DNA of 42,376 nucleotides from a virus (Duplodnaviria; Heunggongvirae; Uroviricota; Caudoviricetes): IMG/VR virus record IMGVR_UViG_2778261452_000001; one strand, 5' to 3'. Shown piece by piece: positions 39,648 to 42,376 of this stretch (position 1 is its first letter; each line of letters starts with the position of its first letter). The notes under the pieces were generated by a model. It saw only the letters and a program-made list of their open reading frames with translations, ran no database searches and was not told where the DNA came from. The position numbers and the translations under genes were made by a program.

Positions 39648-40259
39648 TTAATTTCCTGCTTTCAGTTGCTTAAGACGGCGTTTGAGTTCGCCATTTCGGG
39701 CCTTTTCGTTATTGAGTCGGCCTGTCTCCTTATCCAGCTTCGCCCGCAAATCAGTGATCTGCTGTTGATTGAAAGACACCGAATTCTGCGCGGACTTATA
39801 AGCGGCAACCACCTGAGCATTCCGCTGTTTTGCTTCTTGCAGGCGCTGAAAGTTGGATTTAACTGCCGGTTTCTTGTCTACCGGATTGGCTACACGCTTC
39901 GCTTTGGCGATCAGTGATTTCTGGAATTTTGCGGAGTTTTTGCGGGCCGCCTGTCCCATGACGGTACCAAGCGTCTTGATATCCGGCGACTGAGCGTTAG
40001 GAATAGCTTTTCCATTCAGTTTCACAGACGATATATCGCCAGTATCGTTTACCTGTATGGCAAGGATTTGTCCGTCGTTAAGAACCAGCTTTGCGGTTTT
40101 AACTTTAACGCCATCTTTCGTTGTTGCGCGGTTGCTGGAGTCAACCTCAATTACCGTAACCCCGGTTTTATTGATCGCCGCGATAAGGGATTTCAGCCCC
40201 TTTTCATTAACCTGGTCAAAATCGACCGTTGCATACTTATTTTTCGTCATCTGACACAT
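39648..40259 (-). CDS. hdf: Hdf-position protein of the darA operon
   Basis: 203-aa ORF between lydB and darA; coiled-coil basic C-terminus; symbol by synteny. Confidence 0.5.
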   Translation of the reverse strand: MCQMTKNKYATVDFDQVNEKGLKSLIAAINKTGVTVIEVDSSNRATTKDGVKVKTAKLVLNDGQILAIQVNDTGDISSVKLNGKAIPNAQSPDIKTLGTVMGQAARKNSAKFQKSLIAKAKRVANPVDKKPAVKSNFQRLQEAKQRNAQVVAAYKSAQNSVSFNQQQITDLRAKLDKETGRLNNEKARNGELKRRLKQLKAGN

Positions 40260-40680
40260 CCTGTGCGAGATTTATTACGTAACTTCTGCGGATTTGCTGA
40301 GTAACAGGGAAAATCCGATACAACGGGTTAATGAACGAGTCGCCATGCGTAACCATGACGTTGAAATGCCACAGTCGCTCTCCTTTACCCATATATTCAG
40401 TGGGTATGTACAACCATTCACTGTTTTCGCCCTGTTCAGCCGACGTCAGACAACGTTGTTCGCCTTCAATCACTGTCGTCGGCTTCTGAACATCGCGGAT
40501 CCAATATCTGACCGTTGCGCCGCGCAAAAACGGGAATTTAGACCGGTATTTGAACGGCACCCGGATGAAACCCGGTTTAATTTCCACATCACCAAGTTCT
40601 AAATGCGTGATGTCCTTGCGTTTTAGCAAATAGCGATCGGCTAAGGCTAACGCAAGAACGCATACACCCCAGCCAATCAT
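40237..40680 (-). CDS. lydB: LydB, antiholin candidate
   Basis: 147-aa ORF overlapping lydA end by 4 nt; position matches P1 lydB. Confidence 0.6.
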   Translation of the reverse strand: MIGWGVCVLALALADRYLLKRKDITHLELGDVEIKPGFIRVPFKYRSKFPFLRGATVRYWIRDVQKPTTVIEGEQRCLTSAEQGENSEWLYIPTEYMGKGERLWHFNVMVTHGDSFINPLYRIFPVTQQIRRSYVINLAQDVSDDEK

Positions 40681-41006
40681 TTCCCGCCTCCCTTTTTCAC
40701 CAAACTTGTAAGAACATTCAGAATGCTATCGATATTCACTCGTTTCATCCCTGAAATCACCTCATGACCGTTATTGCTGGCTATCGTTACCATTAAGTAC
40801 GTAATTGATAACTCCCAGCCCTCGTGTTGCCCCAATAGGTACGCCACCGCGCCAGCTGTCACTGCAACAAAGATCTCCGTAACCAATCCCAACAAATTGC
40901 CAGACTGGCGACCGTCTCGGACATCCATCAGGAACGTACCTATCCCACCAATTACTGAAAGCAGGAGCGCAATAGCAACTGGAGCTAATTCCTGTGTGTC
41001 AAGCAC
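40677..41006 (-). CDS. lydA: LydA, holin
   Basis: 109-aa product with hydrophobic segments (VAIALLLSVIGGIGTFLM, IFVAVTAGAVAYLLG) and charged C-terminus; GTG start with AGGAGGGA SD. Confidence 0.7.
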   Translation of the reverse strand: MLDTQELAPVAIALLLSVIGGIGTFLMDVRDGRQSGNLLGLVTEIFVAVTAGAVAYLLGQHEGWELSITYLMVTIASNNGHEVISGMKRVNIDSILNVLTSLVKKGGGK

Positions 41007-41066
41007 AAGTTCCCTCCTACGTTGTCAGGAGGTAATGGTATGCAAAGTAACTTCTCATCTGGTTGT

Positions 41067-41351
41067 TCATAATTTGCCAATACATTCGTAAATCAAGTGA
41101 AAAACCCATATTTTGGTTATTCTTAATACAAAATGGCTATTCCAACTACATATCAAAAAAGCAACCACATCCAAAAATGAGTTTCCCCACTGAACTTCTG
41201 CAAGACAAAAACCAACAAAACCACCTTTTATGGCAAGCAGCCATGCTTCAAGCCAATGTAAAAAACATGGCTTATAAGCTCCACGCCTAACTCCAGTAAG
41301 AAATAAATAGGTTCCACTAATAATGGACATTAAAAAAATCAAAATCTGCAT
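41067..41351 (-). CDS. hypothetical polytopic membrane protein upstream of lydA
   Basis: 94-aa ORF, ATG at 41351 with very strong SD GGGAGGAG; several hydrophobic segments; AT-rich codons. Confidence 0.45.
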   Translation of the reverse strand: MQILIFLMSIISGTYLFLTGVRRGAYKPCFLHWLEAWLLAIKGGFVGFCLAEVQWGNSFLDVVAFLICSWNSHFVLRITKIWVFHLIYECIGKL

Positions 41352-41472
41352 AAGCTCCTCCCGGATCTAACAAAAATCAAGCAGGAACCTATTCAGATTG
41401 TTATTTCTGTGCATAACGCTTTGTTCTTTAAAATTCGCAGACTCATAAGAACAACGCATTAGAGTAAAAATC

Positions 41473-42033
41473 ATGCTGATCGGCTATGTACGCGTATCAA
41501 CAAATGAACAAAACACTGCTTTGCAACGAAATGCCCTTGAAAGCGCAGGATGTGAGCTAATTTTTGAGGATAAGGCGAGCGGCAAAAAGACTGAACGCCC
41601 TGGGCTAAAAAAGGTTTTGCGTATGCTTTCCAGAGGTGACACCCTGGTCGTATGGAAGTTAGATCGTCTTGGGCGCAGCATGCGTCACTTGGTTGTGCTG
41701 GTGGAAGAGCTGCGTGACAGAGGAATTAATTTCCGGAGTCTCACTGACTCTATCGACACCAGTACACCAATGGGGCGCTTTTTCTTTCACGTAATGGGGG
41801 CGCTGGCAGAAATGGAACGTGAGCTTATCGTTGAACGTACACGCGCTGGACTTGATGCAGCTCGCGCAGAAGGTCGTATAGGTGGGCGTCGGCCTAAATA
41901 CCAAGAAGAAACATGGCAGCAAATGCGGCGATTGCTCGAGAAGGGCATCCCCCGTAAGCAGGTTGCAATCATCTATGATGTGGCTGTTTCCACGCTTTAT
42001 AAGAAGTTTCCGGCGTCATCATTTCAATCCTAA
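41473..42033 (+). CDS. cin: Cin serine invertase (C-segment DNA invertase)
   Basis: 186-aa product MLIGYVRVSTNEQNTALQRNALESAGCELIFEDKASGKKTERPGLKKVL... with resolvase/invertase catalytic Ser (VRVST) and C-terminal HTH; matches P1 Cin. Confidence 0.9.
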   Translation: MLIGYVRVSTNEQNTALQRNALESAGCELIFEDKASGKKTERPGLKKVLRMLSRGDTLVVWKLDRLGRSMRHLVVLVEELRDRGINFRSLTDSIDTSTPMGRFFFHVMGALAEMERELIVERTRAGLDAARAEGRIGGRRPKYQEETWQQMRRLLEKGIPRKQVAIIYDVAVSTLYKKFPASSFQS

Positions 42034-42052
42034 ACCTTGGTTTAAGAGAACT
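42027..42052. other. cix crossover site for Cin (minus-strand TTCTCTTAAACCAAGGTTTAGGATTG)
   Basis: Matches gix/cix pattern TTC-N3-TAAACC-N-AGGTTT-N-GGAT with central dinucleotide; overlaps the last codons of cin. Confidence 0.7.
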
Positions 42053-42056
42053 TGGC

Positions 42057-42376
42057 ACAAGCGGTGAAAAGATCCCCCTGTTGAGCACGGCTAACACATG
42101 GAGCGCACGCCAGACTTTCAACGGTGGGATCACCGGGGCGCTGGCGGGGAACGCCGACACCGCGACGAAATTAAAAACAGCCAGAAACATTAATGGCGTC
42201 AGGTTCGATGGTTCGGCTGACATTAATATCAATACTCTGGTATCTCGCGGTCGCGTAACGGCCCTGGAGGCGAATGCACAGGGAACATCCGGGATTCAGC
42301 TGTATGAGGCATACAACAATGGCTACCCTTCCCCCTATGGCAATGTGCTTCACCTTAAAGGTGCCACCGCTGCTGG
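42057..42376 (+). CDS. tail-fibre variable segment (Sv-type), partial, no own start codon; continues beyond window
   Basis: Open frame from cix onward translating ...LLSTANTWSARQTFNGGITGALAGNADTATKLKTARNINGVRFDGSADININ..., typical of Mu S / P1 S variable parts; expected to be expressed only when fused to the constant part by inversion. Confidence 0.6.

Overview
This 42.4 kb window reads as one contiguous segment of a bacteriophage P1-like genome (phage-plasmid type), spanning the immC/loxP-cre region. Gene order, left to right: a translationally coupled accessory operon of mostly unknown genes (111-6927, + strand); a ~650 bp non-coding gap; hot (DNA pol III theta homologue); a divergent lxr/humD pair sharing a LexA box; the phd-doc addiction module; pdc genes; lpa; pacA (containing the pac site) and pacB; c1 and coi (- strand) with C1 operators; loxP; cre; cra; ref; mat; a single GNAT acetyltransferase gene in the slot where P1 carries res/mod; lxc-ulx-darB (- strand); prt-pro; lyz; ssb; a two-gene insert where P1 carries IS1; ddrB-ddrA-darA-hdf-lydB-lydA (- strand); cin with a cix site and the start of the invertible tail-fibre segment. 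The strongest candidate for something undescribed is the two-gene insert at 32154-34035: its second gene is an internal paralogue of the PacB terminase ATPase domain with both Walker motifs degenerate and no nuclease domain. The GNAT gene, whose ribosome-binding site sits inside a perfect hairpin, is the second candidate. All calls rest on reading the sequence and the ORF track plus recalled P1 biology; no database search or folding was run, and gene symbols assigned by synteny (pdcA, pdcB, cra, mat, ulx, hdf, lxr, prt, pro) are from memory. No rRNA, tRNA, CRISPR array or IS element was recognised.
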